A stretch of 64,000 nucleotides of DNA from a virus (lineage: Duplodnaviria > Caudoviricetes). The stretch covers positions 1 to 64,000 of the IMG/VR virus record IMGVR_UViG_2775506840_000002; one strand, given 5' to 3'. Of this stretch, positions 39,101-48,856 are shown one piece after another. Numbering within the stretch: the stretch's first letter is position 1; each line of letters opens with the position of its first letter. Both the position numbers and the translations under genes were made by a program. Below the pieces are notes generated by a model. The model was given only the letters and a program-made list of their open reading frames with translations, made no database searches and was not told the DNA's origin.

Positions 39101-40995
39101 TATTCAATCCTCAACTCCTTATCAACTGCACTCACAATAAGGTCGATTACTTGACTTTGAGTTGCTGGAATGTCTGTTACAGATTCTCTATTATCAATGA
39201 ATATAGGCGCATTCATTCCATAGTGTTCACTTAGAACATTTATAATCTCTATACCAGCTTGAACTTGGGCTGCATTATTTGCATTGCTGAAAGGAACTCC
39301 ATTAATAAGTGATTCACAGCACTCTGCAAGTCCACCGTTTATTTGTTGATCAAATAGCTTAAAGCTTACGTTTTTAAACTTGCTATTGATATTAGCTTCT
39401 AGCATTTCTACTTTAGCCTTTGTAAAGTCCTCTATCATGATTTCTACTTGTTCTACATCTGCAAGCTTGCATTGTAAATCCTTAAGTTGCTCCTGAAGCT
39501 CTTTTATTCTTGCAAGCGCTTTAGCATTGGAATCATGCTTAGATACTCTTAATTTGATATTTTGAATATTAATCTCTTCCATTTTGATAGCTTGCTTAAT
39601 GGCTTCATTGTCTACGCTTTCAAATGCTTGTACCTCTTTTTTGAGAACATCTATTTGATTATCTATTTCAGACGTATCACATGGTGTAGTATCTATTGGC
39701 TTCTCAAGTATCTTTTCAACCTCATTAATATTTGATTGAATACTTACTAATTGGCATGCAATCTCTTCAAATCTAGTAGTTAAATTCTGCATGTTCTGCT
39801 GTGTATTTAGTAAATCTGCTTTAATTATGTTTGCTTCATTAAGCAAACGTTCTTGTCTTATAGCTTTCTCTTCTATGTATTTGCTTTTAAGCTTTTCAAC
39901 TTCTTCACTAGGTAGATCCTGTCCACAAGTAGGACAAATAGCTTTATGCTCATCAAAAGTTTCTTCTTCTATTTTCATCCATTCATTACGTCTGTCTGCT
40001 ACTTTTGAAGTAAGGATAACTTCATCTTGTTTTAATGCTTCAATTTTCTTGACAATACTATCTTGCTCATATGTATGATTAGATAACTCACGTTTTAAAG
40101 TTTCTAACCTGTCCTTATTTTGGTTGTATTCTGCATATGTAGATTTATTATGCGCTCTTATAATCTCTTCTTTTGTGCGCTCTAAACTTAGTATTTGATG
40201 TTGTTTTGTACGTATCTCATTAAACTGTGCATCTGTAGCTTCTAATTGTTTTTCTAACTCTGCTTTATATGCTTCTTTTTCATCTATTTTTGCCTGGAGA
40301 ACTTCTAACGGTTCAAGCCCTTCTTCTAGGCTTCTAGTTTGCTCATCAATTCTTGGTGGAATGTTCTCAATATCTGACTTAAGCTTCTTCTTAGTAGCTG
40401 CTAAAGACTTCTTGTATTCATCTGCACTTTTACCTGCTAATGTTTCTTGAAGTTTTTCATAACCCTCTATTTGGTTATCAGCAATATTGCCACATACTTC
40501 AAATAGGAACTTTCTTTTGTCTTGCCACTTCATTGCTTCAAAAGCTAATGGATTGGTTAAAAGCTTAAATGTCTTTTCATTAATAATTTCATTAACGTAC
40601 TCTTGATACTCACTCTTTTTGCAAGGAACCCCATCTATATAGTAGATAGTCTCATGACCACTAAACTCCTGTTCTGCTTGTCCACGCTTCTTAACCCACT
40701 TTTCTCTAAACAACTTTCCTAGTGTGAATGTCTTGCCATTCAATACAAAGTCAGCTGTAACTTCTGTATTAAGAAAATGAATAGGCTCATTGTGTTCTGT
40801 GAGTGGTTTAATCTCGAAGTCCTTACGCTCCTGGCTATCTTTGTCATATAATAACCAACTAAACGCATCTGCTATTGTTGTTTTCCCTGTTCCATTTGCT
40901 CCATATATCCTAGTTTCTGTTGTGTCGAAAAAAATTCTTCTTTCTTTAATTCCCTTGAAATTCTTCAACTCTAGTACTTTTAATAAAAGTTTCAT
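39100..40995 (-). CDS. SMC/Rad50-like ATPase
   Basis: GANGTGKTT, coiled coil with CPTC hook, IFIDN. Confidence 0.88.
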   Translation of the reverse strand: MKLLLKVLELKNFKGIKERRIFFDTTETRIYGANGTGKTTIADAFSWLLYDKDSQERKDFEIKPLTEHNEPIHFLNTEVTADFVLNGKTFTLGKLFREKWVKKRGQAEQEFSGHETIYYIDGVPCKKSEYQEYVNEIINEKTFKLLTNPLAFEAMKWQDKRKFLFEVCGNIADNQIEGYEKLQETLAGKSADEYKKSLAATKKKLKSDIENIPPRIDEQTRSLEEGLEPLEVLQAKIDEKEAYKAELEKQLEATDAQFNEIRTKQHQILSLERTKEEIIRAHNKSTYAEYNQNKDRLETLKRELSNHTYEQDSIVKKIEALKQDEVILTSKVADRRNEWMKIEEETFDEHKAICPTCGQDLPSEEVEKLKSKYIEEKAIRQERLLNEANIIKADLLNTQQNMQNLTTRFEEIACQLVSIQSNINEVEKILEKPIDTTPCDTSEIDNQIDVLKKEVQAFESVDNEAIKQAIKMEEINIQNIKLRVSKHDSNAKALARIKELQEQLKDLQCKLADVEQVEIMIEDFTKAKVEMLEANINSKFKNVSFKLFDQQINGGLAECCESLINGVPFSNANNAAQVQAGIEIINVLSEHYGMNAPIFIDNRESVTDIPATQSQVIDLIVSAVDKELRIE

Positions 40996-41040
40996 CTTAC
41001 AAATACCTCCTAATTGGTATATAATCTAACTGATAAATTT

Positions 41041-41421
41041 TTATTTATCTGCACCAGTATGCTTGCCGGCGGCTGGTGCATTTTTAATTGTATCTAATGC
41101 TCTTTGGTAAACTGCTGCTTCATGAATAAGTTCTTGTACTGCGAATAATACATATTCAACTATTATTTCAAGTTGATGATTGATATCTGCTATAGGCTTA
41201 TTCATCTTAATCATTTCCCAAAGTTCTACTTTATGAATGTGCAACCAATCAAGTTGTTCAAATGCTTCTTCATGTTCTTCTAATGCAAGTCCCCACATTT
41301 CATGATGATTGTGCATGTCACCCCATTTCTCTGTGTTAAACTCAGTTTGTTCTTGCTTAAGCTGCTTGATCATATCAAGTATGTATTGGTCTTTTTCTTC
41401 TTTTGACATTATCTTAATCAT
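41041..41421 (-). CDS. Hypothetical (MazG-like helical) protein
   Basis: HEMWGLALEEHEEA..ELIHEAAV. Confidence 0.5.
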   Translation of the reverse strand: MIKIMSKEEKDQYILDMIKQLKQEQTEFNTEKWGDMHNHHEMWGLALEEHEEAFEQLDWLHIHKVELWEMIKMNKPIADINHQLEIIVEYVLFAVQELIHEAAVYQRALDTIKNAPAAGKHTGADK

Positions 41422-41539
41422 TGCTATGCTCCTTTTTCCTTTCCTCATTTCTAGCTATGTATGATGCTCCTACCATTGATGTAATTCCTATCAAGTAACC
41501 AAATGAAAATATCAAAATATCTTTCATAAGTCCTCCTTT

Positions 41540-41701
41540 TTAGTTAGAAGCTATGTACATTGAAATGCCAAAGATACCAAGTGTTATAAATGATGAGATT
41601 ATATATTGTGTAAAATTAAGTAAGTCACATTCTAATCCGCCTGCAAGGCCCAAAAGCATTACAAATGATAATACCGAAATGGTACCCATTAGCTTTTTCA
41701 A
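41540..41701 (-). CDS. Small 2-TM protein (not in ORF track)
   Basis: RBS gaggtgag, TTG start, LLGLAGGLE motif. Confidence 0.5.
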   Translation of the reverse strand: MKKLMGTISVLSFVMLLGLAGGLECDLLNFTQYIISSFITLGIFGISMYIASN

Positions 41702-41755
41702 TTAACTCTCACCTCATTTTTAATTGCTTGTCCAATTTCATCGCTGTAGATGAAG

Positions 41756-41920
41756 TTAATCATCTACTTCTTGTTTAACATCAATATCTTTAATTGGATT
41801 TACAAACTCGTATCCTATCTTATGTACTGCATTAATAAGCATTTTTGTAAGCATTATCTTCTGTTCTTCTTTCGAATATGAATCTAAATCCTTTCCGTTA
41901 ACTGTATAAATTACTTTCAT
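41756..41920 (-). CDS. Small hypothetical protein
   Basis: RBS gaggtg before ATG at 41920. Confidence 0.5.
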   Translation of the reverse strand: MKVIYTVNGKDLDSYSKEEQKIMLTKMLINAVHKIGYEFVNPIKDIDVKQEVDD

Positions 41921-41994
41921 ACAATCACCTCTATTTATATCTATGTTTGTATAAAATTGTCCTATTAGCACTTTTACAATTTATTTGTATTATG

Positions 41995-42717
41995 CTATGC
42001 TCCTTTCTTCTCAAATAAACTTGTCTGTTCATAAGGTCTTTCCATCTTCAATATCCTTATACTCTCATCAATAATATCCATAGAATTTCTAAGCGTTTCT
42101 ATGTCTATATCCTCCCACTTTCTAGCACCTAACCTAATAAGTACACGTTCTTTAACCAGTTCGTATTCTTCATCAGCTTTGGCAATTCCTAAACGTTTCT
42201 TTATGTAATGGCTGATACTTGATTTATCTGCACATGATGGCTTGTAGTATTCAGAGCATTTCCTTTCTACTTGCTTGATAGCAATTCCTAATTGCTCGTC
42301 TACTAAGCCCATGATTTGCCCTTTGAACTCGGCTAGGGCTTTGTTTATATCTAGTGAATGAACAACTTGTTCCATCTCATTAAAGCGTTTTACGTACTTA
42401 GCTGTAAAAATTATTCCTTTTTCTCCTGTAAATTTATTTGCTAGAAAGTCACAACCTAATCTAGTGCAGTCATAGCATTTTCTTGGTTTACCTTGTGCGT
42501 CTATATATGTACTTTCTATGAAATAATCAGCCAACGGAAAATTCCGCTCGCTAAGAACCGGTATAATCCCCTTCGTTTTCACTGTTCCATCTGTTTTATT
42601 TGTCCCTTCTAACTTTTGTAAAATATCTGAATGTCTAACTTCCATCATCTCAGCAACTTCTACTGTAGTAATTGCTGCTGGCTTTTCTTGTTTCTTACAT
42701 AATGCATTCTTTGGCAT
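41995..42717 (-). CDS. Rha-family regulator / antirepressor
   Basis: EVAEMMEVRHSDIL and NKFTGEKG..FTAKYVKRFNEME motifs. Confidence 0.88.
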   Translation of the reverse strand: MPKNALCKKQEKPAAITTVEVAEMMEVRHSDILQKLEGTNKTDGTVKTKGIIPVLSERNFPLADYFIESTYIDAQGKPRKCYDCTRLGCDFLANKFTGEKGIIFTAKYVKRFNEMEQVVHSLDINKALAEFKGQIMGLVDEQLGIAIKQVERKCSEYYKPSCADKSSISHYIKKRLGIAKADEEYELVKERVLIRLGARKWEDIDIETLRNSMDIIDESIRILKMERPYEQTSLFEKKGA

Positions 42718-42720
42718 ATG

Positions 42721-42975
42721 TCATGCTCCTTTCAGTATTTGTTCTTCTTTCTGAACTTTTTCATTAAAAAAATATGATGGTATCTCTTCTTTTCTTAACC
42801 CTAAGACTTCTACTGAACGATTTATCTCATTTTGTGAAAATTCTAGTTTATTATTTAGTCTGTGGCTAAGTGAGACCCTTCCTATGCCTATCTTTTTAGC
42901 AAAATTATCTTGTGTTCCGCAAACTTCCTTAATTCTGCCTAGAAGCTTATTATAATCAAAACTCATTTTTCTCAC
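42721..42975 (-). CDS. Cro-like repressor (DUF739)
   Basis: FDYNKLLGRIKE.CGTQ..FA motif; divergent from cI. Confidence 0.85.
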   Translation of the reverse strand: MRKMSFDYNKLLGRIKEVCGTQDNFAKKIGIGRVSLSHRLNNKLEFSQNEINRSVEVLGLRKEEIPSYFFNEKVQKEEQILKGA

Positions 42976-42993
42976 TTCCTCTCTTTTTCATTT

Positions 42994-43110
42994 GTTCGTG
43001 TTTCTGAACTAACTAAATCATAAATCATGAATTTTTAACTGTCAATATATTTTTTCGTGTTTCTGAACTTTTTTTATTATTATTGGTGCATAATGTTGTC
43101 TTTTCTGAAC
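42994..43110. promoter_or_regulatory. Lysis/lysogeny operator repeats
   Basis: ttcgtgtttctgaact at 42995 and 43054; partial copies at 43101 and 42741. Confidence 0.7.
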
Positions 43111-43158
43111 ACATATGATATTATCAGAATAGATTAACAAAAAAGGAGCCTTTATATC

Positions 43159-43611
43159 ATGAAGAAAACTATATCAGAAAGAATAAGAGAAGGTTTAGCA
43201 ATAAGAGGCATGAAACAAGCTGATTTAGTTAATAAAACCGGAATTGGTAAATCCTCTATCAGTACTTATATTTCAGGTTCTTATGAACCTAAACAAACTA
43301 ATATCTATAAAATTGCTAAGGCATTAGATGTTAATGAGGCATGGCTTATGGGGCATGATGTTAAAATGGATAGAGATACCTCAGCCCAAGAACTTAATTT
43401 AACTGCAGCCGAACAGGAACATCTTAAGAGATATAGAACACTGGATGAAAAAGGACAACATACGGTAGATACCGTACTATATATGGAGTATAACCGTTGT
43501 ACCAATGACTATTTAATGCCAATAGCGGCACATAATGATAATATTAACGATGAACAATTAGAGAAAATAAATAGAGATATAGAAAACATTTTACTTAAGA
43601 AAAAAAGATAA
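43159..43611 (+). CDS. CI-like XRE repressor
   Basis: N-terminal HTH; AAH motif near C-terminus. Confidence 0.88.
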   Translation: MKKTISERIREGLAIRGMKQADLVNKTGIGKSSISTYISGSYEPKQTNIYKIAKALDVNEAWLMGHDVKMDRDTSAQELNLTAAEQEHLKRYRTLDEKGQHTVDTVLYMEYNRCTNDYLMPIAAHNDNINDEQLEKINRDIENILLKKKR

Positions 43612-43628
43612 TTTTATAATTTTTAAAG

Positions 43629-44153
43629 GTGATTTGCTTGAATGAATATGAAATTTTATTGCACAAAAGTTCTAAAGAAGGACTTGAAGTATTTGAAATG
43701 GCTTTGGAATCAGATTCTGATGCATTATGTGTTGGTGATACATTAGCCTTAAATACAAGACTATTAAGTACAGTACCCGAAAAAAGATGTACTTTAAGTG
43801 AGGAAGTCTGGCATAGCAAAACAACTGTTGGAAATATAATTGATACTCGTGACATTAATAATCTAAAACAAGAATGTTTTGCACGAAAGTGTTCTTTTGA
43901 AGATTTAATTCCGCTTGATAACATTGTGCAAGCATTACTTAATCACTGCTTAAATTTACAAGATGTATGTGAGTACCTGTGTGTAACAGAAAAGTACTTC
44001 TGTGAAGCAATTGCTTACTATAAGCAAAAATATGGTCCATATTATAGATGTAAAGAATACACATTACATTTTGAACCTTTGTCAGTTATAGGTTCATCAA
44101 AAGGAGATGGTTTAAATGACAGCAGCTCTTTATATTCGAGTAAGTACAGATGA
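43629..44153 (+). CDS. ImmA/IrrE-family anti-repressor protease
   Basis: EKRCTLSEEVWH..T.GNIID..KQE..AR motif; between repressor and integrase. Confidence 0.75.
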   Translation: MICLNEYEILLHKSSKEGLEVFEMALESDSDALCVGDTLALNTRLLSTVPEKRCTLSEEVWHSKTTVGNIIDTRDINNLKQECFARKCSFEDLIPLDNIVQALLNHCLNLQDVCEYLCVTEKYFCEAIAYYKQKYGPYYRCKEYTLHFEPLSVIGSSKGDGLNDSSSLYSSKYR

Positions 44154-45576
44154 TCAGCTAGAGTTCTCTCCTGATGCTCAAAAAAGAGCATTACTTGAAT
44201 ACGCTAAAAAGAATAATATATTAGTAGATGAACAATATATTTTTGTTGATGAAGGTATTAGTGGCACAAGTGCTAAGAAAAGACCTGCCTTCCAAACTAT
44301 GATTGCTACAGCGAAGAAAAAGCCTAAACCATTTGATACTATTTTAGTTCATAAATTCGATCGTTTTGCACGTTCTAGGGAAGACTCTGTAGTATATAAA
44401 AGTCTTCTTCGTAAAGAATGCGACATAAAAGTTATATCTATAACAGAACAAATGGAAGATGATAAATTCAGTGTTATTCTAGAGGCTATGCTTGAAGCTA
44501 TGGCAGAATACTACTCTCTTAACTTAAGTGATGAGGTTATGAAAGGAATGACTGAAAAAGCACGTAGAGGGTTACCACAGTCAGAAGCACCATATGGATA
44601 TAGGCGCGATGGAGATAAATATGTTTTAGTAGATGATGAAGCTGAAATTGTAAAAATGATATTCTCAAAATTTAATAGTGGTGAACTTGGATACGGGGAA
44701 ATTTGCAGGTTTTTACTTCTAAATGGAATTACAAATAGAAAGGGTCAATCATTTACTGTTAGTGGAATAAAATATATGCTAGAAAATCCAATTTATTGTG
44801 GTAAAGTTCGCTGGAACTACTCTACTCATAAAGGTGGGCGTAGGAAAAATCCCAAAGAAGAATGGATCATAACCGATGGTGAGCATCAACGTATTATTAG
44901 CGATGAACTATACCAAAGTGTTCAACAAAAGATTGCTTCATTAAAAAAGGCTCCTGGACACTATACTCCTAATAAAGAAATTAAGCACTGGTTAAGTGGG
45001 CTCTTAAGATGTTCAAATTGCAACAAGGTATTAGTGTATAATAAAGGTTATCATAAGTACCCCTTTTATAGATGTAACGGATATAATAAAGGCGTATGCA
45101 CTACCAGCAATATGGGGCCATTACATTTTTATGAAAAAGAAGTTTTGAAAGCATTATCTCTTAAATTTAATGAGCTTAGCCAAGGACTAGGCAACATAGA
45201 TTCAGTAGTTGTAAAAACAAATAAAGAAACATCCAATAAAATTCTTCTTCAAAAACAGTTAGAAAAGGTTAGAAGAAAATATGAAATTGCTAAAAAGGCT
45301 TATTTGGCTGAAATTGATACTTTAGAAGAATATGCAAACAATAAATCAGATATTGAAAAAGAAGAAAGAGATCTATTAGATAAACTTTCTAAAGAAATTA
45401 GTTCTGAGGATGTATCAAAAATTATAACTTCTAAGTTAGAACATGCCATCCAAATATTAAATGATGATTCAAAAAGTAATACTGAAAAAAATACATTTTT
45501 AAAGAGCTTTATAAATAGTATAGATGTAGATAGAAACAATGATATACTAAAGATAAATATGTACGTAGAGTGCTAA
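44116..45576 (+). CDS. Large serine recombinase (integrase)
   Basis: YIRVSTDDQ, DRFARS, recombinase domain, Zn ribbon LSGLLRCSNC. Confidence 0.95.
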   Translation: MTAALYIRVSTDDQLEFSPDAQKRALLEYAKKNNILVDEQYIFVDEGISGTSAKKRPAFQTMIATAKKKPKPFDTILVHKFDRFARSREDSVVYKSLLRKECDIKVISITEQMEDDKFSVILEAMLEAMAEYYSLNLSDEVMKGMTEKARRGLPQSEAPYGYRRDGDKYVLVDDEAEIVKMIFSKFNSGELGYGEICRFLLLNGITNRKGQSFTVSGIKYMLENPIYCGKVRWNYSTHKGGRRKNPKEEWIITDGEHQRIISDELYQSVQQKIASLKKAPGHYTPNKEIKHWLSGLLRCSNCNKVLVYNKGYHKYPFYRCNGYNKGVCTTSNMGPLHFYEKEVLKALSLKFNELSQGLGNIDSVVVKTNKETSNKILLQKQLEKVRRKYEIAKKAYLAEIDTLEEYANNKSDIEKEERDLLDKLSKEISSEDVSKIITSKLEHAIQILNDDSKSNTEKNTFLKSFINSIDVDRNNDILKINMYVEC

Positions 45577-45596
45577 TCATAAGCACTCTTTTTATT
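45567..45596 (+). terminator. Intrinsic terminator after integrase
   Basis: agagtgct-aatcata-agcactct followed by T-tract. Confidence 0.75.
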
Positions 45597-45617
45597 TGTG
45601 TACCTTTAATACTCCAA

Positions 45618-45709
45618 GGTTACCTGGAAAAGTTGCCCCTATGACAGCAGCAGCAATCCTCTATCAAGGTCTTACTCTCATCATGCGCGAACAGGGGGAA
45701 CAAATATGA
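45618..45709 (+). pseudogene. spoVFA: 3' fragment of dipicolinate synthase subunit A, split at attR
   Basis: Reads LPGKVAPMTAAAILYQGL..., the DpaA C-terminal motif; stop overlaps dpaB start (ATGA). Confidence 0.8.
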
Positions 45710-46068
45710 CAGATTTGAAAAATTTAAAATTAGGTGTTGCACTTTGCGGCTCCTTTTGTACGTTTAAGAAAGCAATGGTTATGCTTCAAAATTTAGTTGA
45801 CTTAGGTGTTGATGTCTATCCAATTATGTCTTTCAATGCGTACTCTATTTCTACACGTTTTGGAAGTGCCACTGACTTTATAGATCAAGTTGAAACGATT
45901 ACTGGAAAACCAATCATTCATTCTATTCATGATGCAGAACCTTTAGGACCAAAAAGTATGATTGATGCACTTCTCATTGCACCTTGCACAGGTAATACAC
46001 TTTCTAAAATTGACCATGCAATTGTTGATACACCTGTTGTTTTAGCTGCAAATGCAACCATGATATGA
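45706..46068 (+). pseudogene. spoVFB: 5' part of dipicolinate synthase subunit B, truncated at about 46052 by prophage 2
   Basis: LCGSFCT, STRFG, AEPLGPK, IAPCTGNTLSK and DTPV motifs; stops at 120 aa where AKAHLRN... is expected. Confidence 0.9.
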
Positions 46069-46511
46069 ATATGGGTTTCTATAAGTACACTTTATCAAAT
46101 ACTTGGCATGAGTTAAAAGCAATTAAAACTCTTGGTGATTGTATTAGATTTAATAGACTAAAAGCAAAATTAACTCAGGCTGAGCTTGCGAATAAGATTG
46201 GGTTAGATAAAAATACAATCTACTTACTAGAAAAAAATAAAGCTCTACTACACGTAAAATTTATTTTAAAAATTGAAGAAATCCTATCCTGCTCTTTAGT
46301 TGGATTTGATGAGTATTATGATTTTGCACGAGATACTTCTACATATATCATAAATATTAGAAATAAATTAGGATTAAAACGTAAAGGCTTTAGTAAATTG
46401 ATAGGAGTACATAGTAGTACTTTATTAAAATGGGAAACAGGTAAGTCATATATAACAAGAATGCATATGAACAAATTAAGCTTTTTTTTCCTTGATAATA
46501 ATATTTCTTAA
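46065..46511 (+). CDS. Tandem XRE-HTH protein
   Basis: Two HTHs (LTQAELANKIG; LKRKGFSKLIGVHSSTLLKWETG); start overlaps truncated dpaB stop. Confidence 0.8.
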   Translation: MNMGFYKYTLSNTWHELKAIKTLGDCIRFNRLKAKLTQAELANKIGLDKNTIYLLEKNKALLHVKFILKIEEILSCSLVGFDEYYDFARDTSTYIINIRNKLGLKRKGFSKLIGVHSSTLLKWETGKSYITRMHMNKLSFFFLDNNIS

Positions 46512-46710
46512 TTAACATAGCTAATCTATAAACTATTTATATGTTCAAGGCAATTGCAAGGATGATAGTGATTACTAATAACGTCCCAAAATAGCTAGTA
46601 ATTAGTACTCTTCTTAAATTAAATTTTTCCATAAAAATAGACCACACTCCTTATTTTTCTAGAGTGTGGCCTTTTATTTATATTTTTATACTATAAAAAT
46701 ATATTCTAAT

Positions 46711-47816
46711 CTAATAGCATACTTTGCAAGCCTCGTATCCTTGTTTTTTAGCATCATCAACTGTTAGTTCTCTGCTTGTTGTATTAATATATCTACAAGC
46801 TTTATAATGATATTTTTTACCTGTTCCAGTTACCCAAACCTTTTGGCCTGTTGATTGTATAGTAGTTGACTCTATAATTGTATTAGTAGGATTTGTTGAT
46901 ATCTGTACATTATTTATAGTATTCGATATAGTATCAACTTTAGTTACTATAGGTGTCTGCATCACTTTACCGTCTACTTTTTGTGTAGATATAGTAAGTA
47001 TTTTCTCATCACTAGTAATAATAATATTGCCATTTAAATCAGTTCTATATGTTTTAATGTCTTTAAGTCTGTCGCTTACTTCTTTATGCGGGTGGCCATA
47101 CTTATTGTCCTTTCCACAAGTAATAACAGCTATTTCAGGTTTTACTTTATCCAAAAACTCTTTACTTGTTGAAGTATTACTTCCGTGATGCCCTACTTTA
47201 AGTACATCTATATCTATCATTTTATCTAAGATAGATTTTTCTACATCTTTGCCAGCCAGCATCTCCTGTAAATAAAAATTCATGCTCATCGTTTTTATAA
47301 AGCATTATTAAACTTCTATCATTTACATCTTTAGATTGACTTTTTGTATTATAAAATTGGAATGTACCATTACCTAAAGTAACTATTTTATCTTCTAATG
47401 GTACACTTGGTTTTAAATTTTTATTAGTAGCAGCTTGAACACAATCTTTATAAGTTTTTGTATCAGCACTACCATTTCCAATTAACACTATGCCAATTTC
47501 GAAGTTCTTGATTACTGCATCTAATGCCCCACAATGGTCTGCATCTGGATGAGTTAATACTATGTAATCTAATTTTTTTACCTCTTGCATCTTAAGGTAT
47601 TCTACAAGAGACTTTTCATCATCATTTTCTGCTCCATCTATAAGCATATTTTTACCGTTGTCTTTAATAAGAATTGAATCACTGTTTCCAGTATCAATAA
47701 AAATGTACTTCAACCGATTGTATAATTTGAATTTGCTGGACATTTTTTGCAAATAATGTATTGGTAATTAGTAATAATGACATAATAAATATCAAAAATT
47801 TACTAGATCTCTTCAC
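46711..47816 (-). pseudogene. Secreted ComEC/Rec2-like MBL hydrolase with two frameshifts
   Basis: Signal peptide, VHF|IDTG, THPDADH, GDA|G and VGHHGS motifs; +1 T near 47700 and 4-bp tggc duplication near 47255. Confidence 0.8.
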
Positions 47817-47922
47817 TTTTATCCCTCCATTTTCTGCTATACTATTTCACAAAGTAATATATTTAATACTTTTAATCTTAAAATAACATTGTCCATAAAT
47901 ATATATTTTTAGTCATATCGTT

Positions 47923-48732
47923 TTATACACTTAATTCTTTTTCTTTCTGATATATTAAATCTAATAATCTATTCTTTATCTCATCTTTATTATGTGCATA
48001 ATGAGATCTAGCATGACAATTTGCACATATTGCCGCTACTGATACTGGGTGATCAGGTCCATTATCGGATAATCTAGTAATATGATGAACTTCTAAATAC
48101 ATATCACCATTTTTTTTTACAAATCCTCTTTCTCCGCACAATTCACATACTCCCTGTGAGCGCCTCATAGCATACTCCCTAATCGCCTTACTCCTTTTCC
48201 TTACATTTATTTTTATTTCCTCACTAGACGCTCCCTCAACAGCTTGCTCCATAGCCTTTTTTCTCAATTCTTCTAATGATTGATTTAGATTACTTTCTGC
48301 TAAATCATTAAAATCACAGCCTACATCTATATTATCAATGGGATTTAATTCAAACACTATTGAATTTCTCTCTCTATTGTTTTTATCTATGGCTTGTATT
48401 ATCTCGTAACCCAGGCACATAAATTCGCCAATATATTTAACATATGCTGATTTTACATATTGAAACAGAAATATAGATTTATTATTTTTCAAGTGATCTC
48501 TTACTGCTTTATTTCCTCTTATAAATTGCATATGCCCTATCTGGCCTTCTCCTGTATACTTAAAGGTTCCATATTTAGTCCAACTATCTGCATATCCAAA
48601 TTCATCTCCTGACTCACCTGTAAATATAAATATACAAGGAAAGTTTGTAGGTGTACTTATTCCACCTTGTCCTTGACCTCCATATTCCATATGAATATTT
48701 TTACGCTTATAAACTTCATTTCTAATAAACAT
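47923..48732 (-). CDS. SRA-like plus HNH endonuclease (McrA-like, putative modification-dependent restriction)
   Basis: GGQGQGGIS..GYAD.W..F.YTGEGQ.G N-domain; CELC..EVHH..CANCH. Confidence 0.8.
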   Translation of the reverse strand: MFIRNEVYKRKNIHMEYGGQGQGGISTPTNFPCIFIFTGESGDEFGYADSWTKYGTFKYTGEGQIGHMQFIRGNKAVRDHLKNNKSIFLFQYVKSAYVKYIGEFMCLGYEIIQAIDKNNRERNSIVFELNPIDNIDVGCDFNDLAESNLNQSLEELRKKAMEQAVEGASSEEIKINVRKRSKAIREYAMRRSQGVCELCGERGFVKKNGDMYLEVHHITRLSDNGPDHPVSVAAICANCHARSHYAHNKDEIKNRLLDLIYQKEKELSV

Positions 48733-48856
48733 AACCTCTCCCTCCTTTATCTGACTATACTATATCATAAAATTTATTAGTATATTTAACTATTTCCTAT
48801 AGTATTCCTCTTTACATGAAAAAGCTAGAACCATAGTCCTAGCTAAAATAATAACT

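Larger units (their letters stand above)
1..45619. mobile_element. Prophage 1 (lambda-like head, P2-like contractile tail, serine integrase), inserted in spoVFA/dpaA; left end outside window
   Basis: Ordered lysis, tail, head, terminase, replication, immunity and integrase modules; host dpaA 3' fragment begins right after the integrase. Confidence 0.93.

Noticed and set aside
43629-44153. ImmA lacking canonical HExxH, suggesting a non-inducible prophage
   Set aside because: EExxH variants are usual in this phage subfamily; inactivity cannot be inferred
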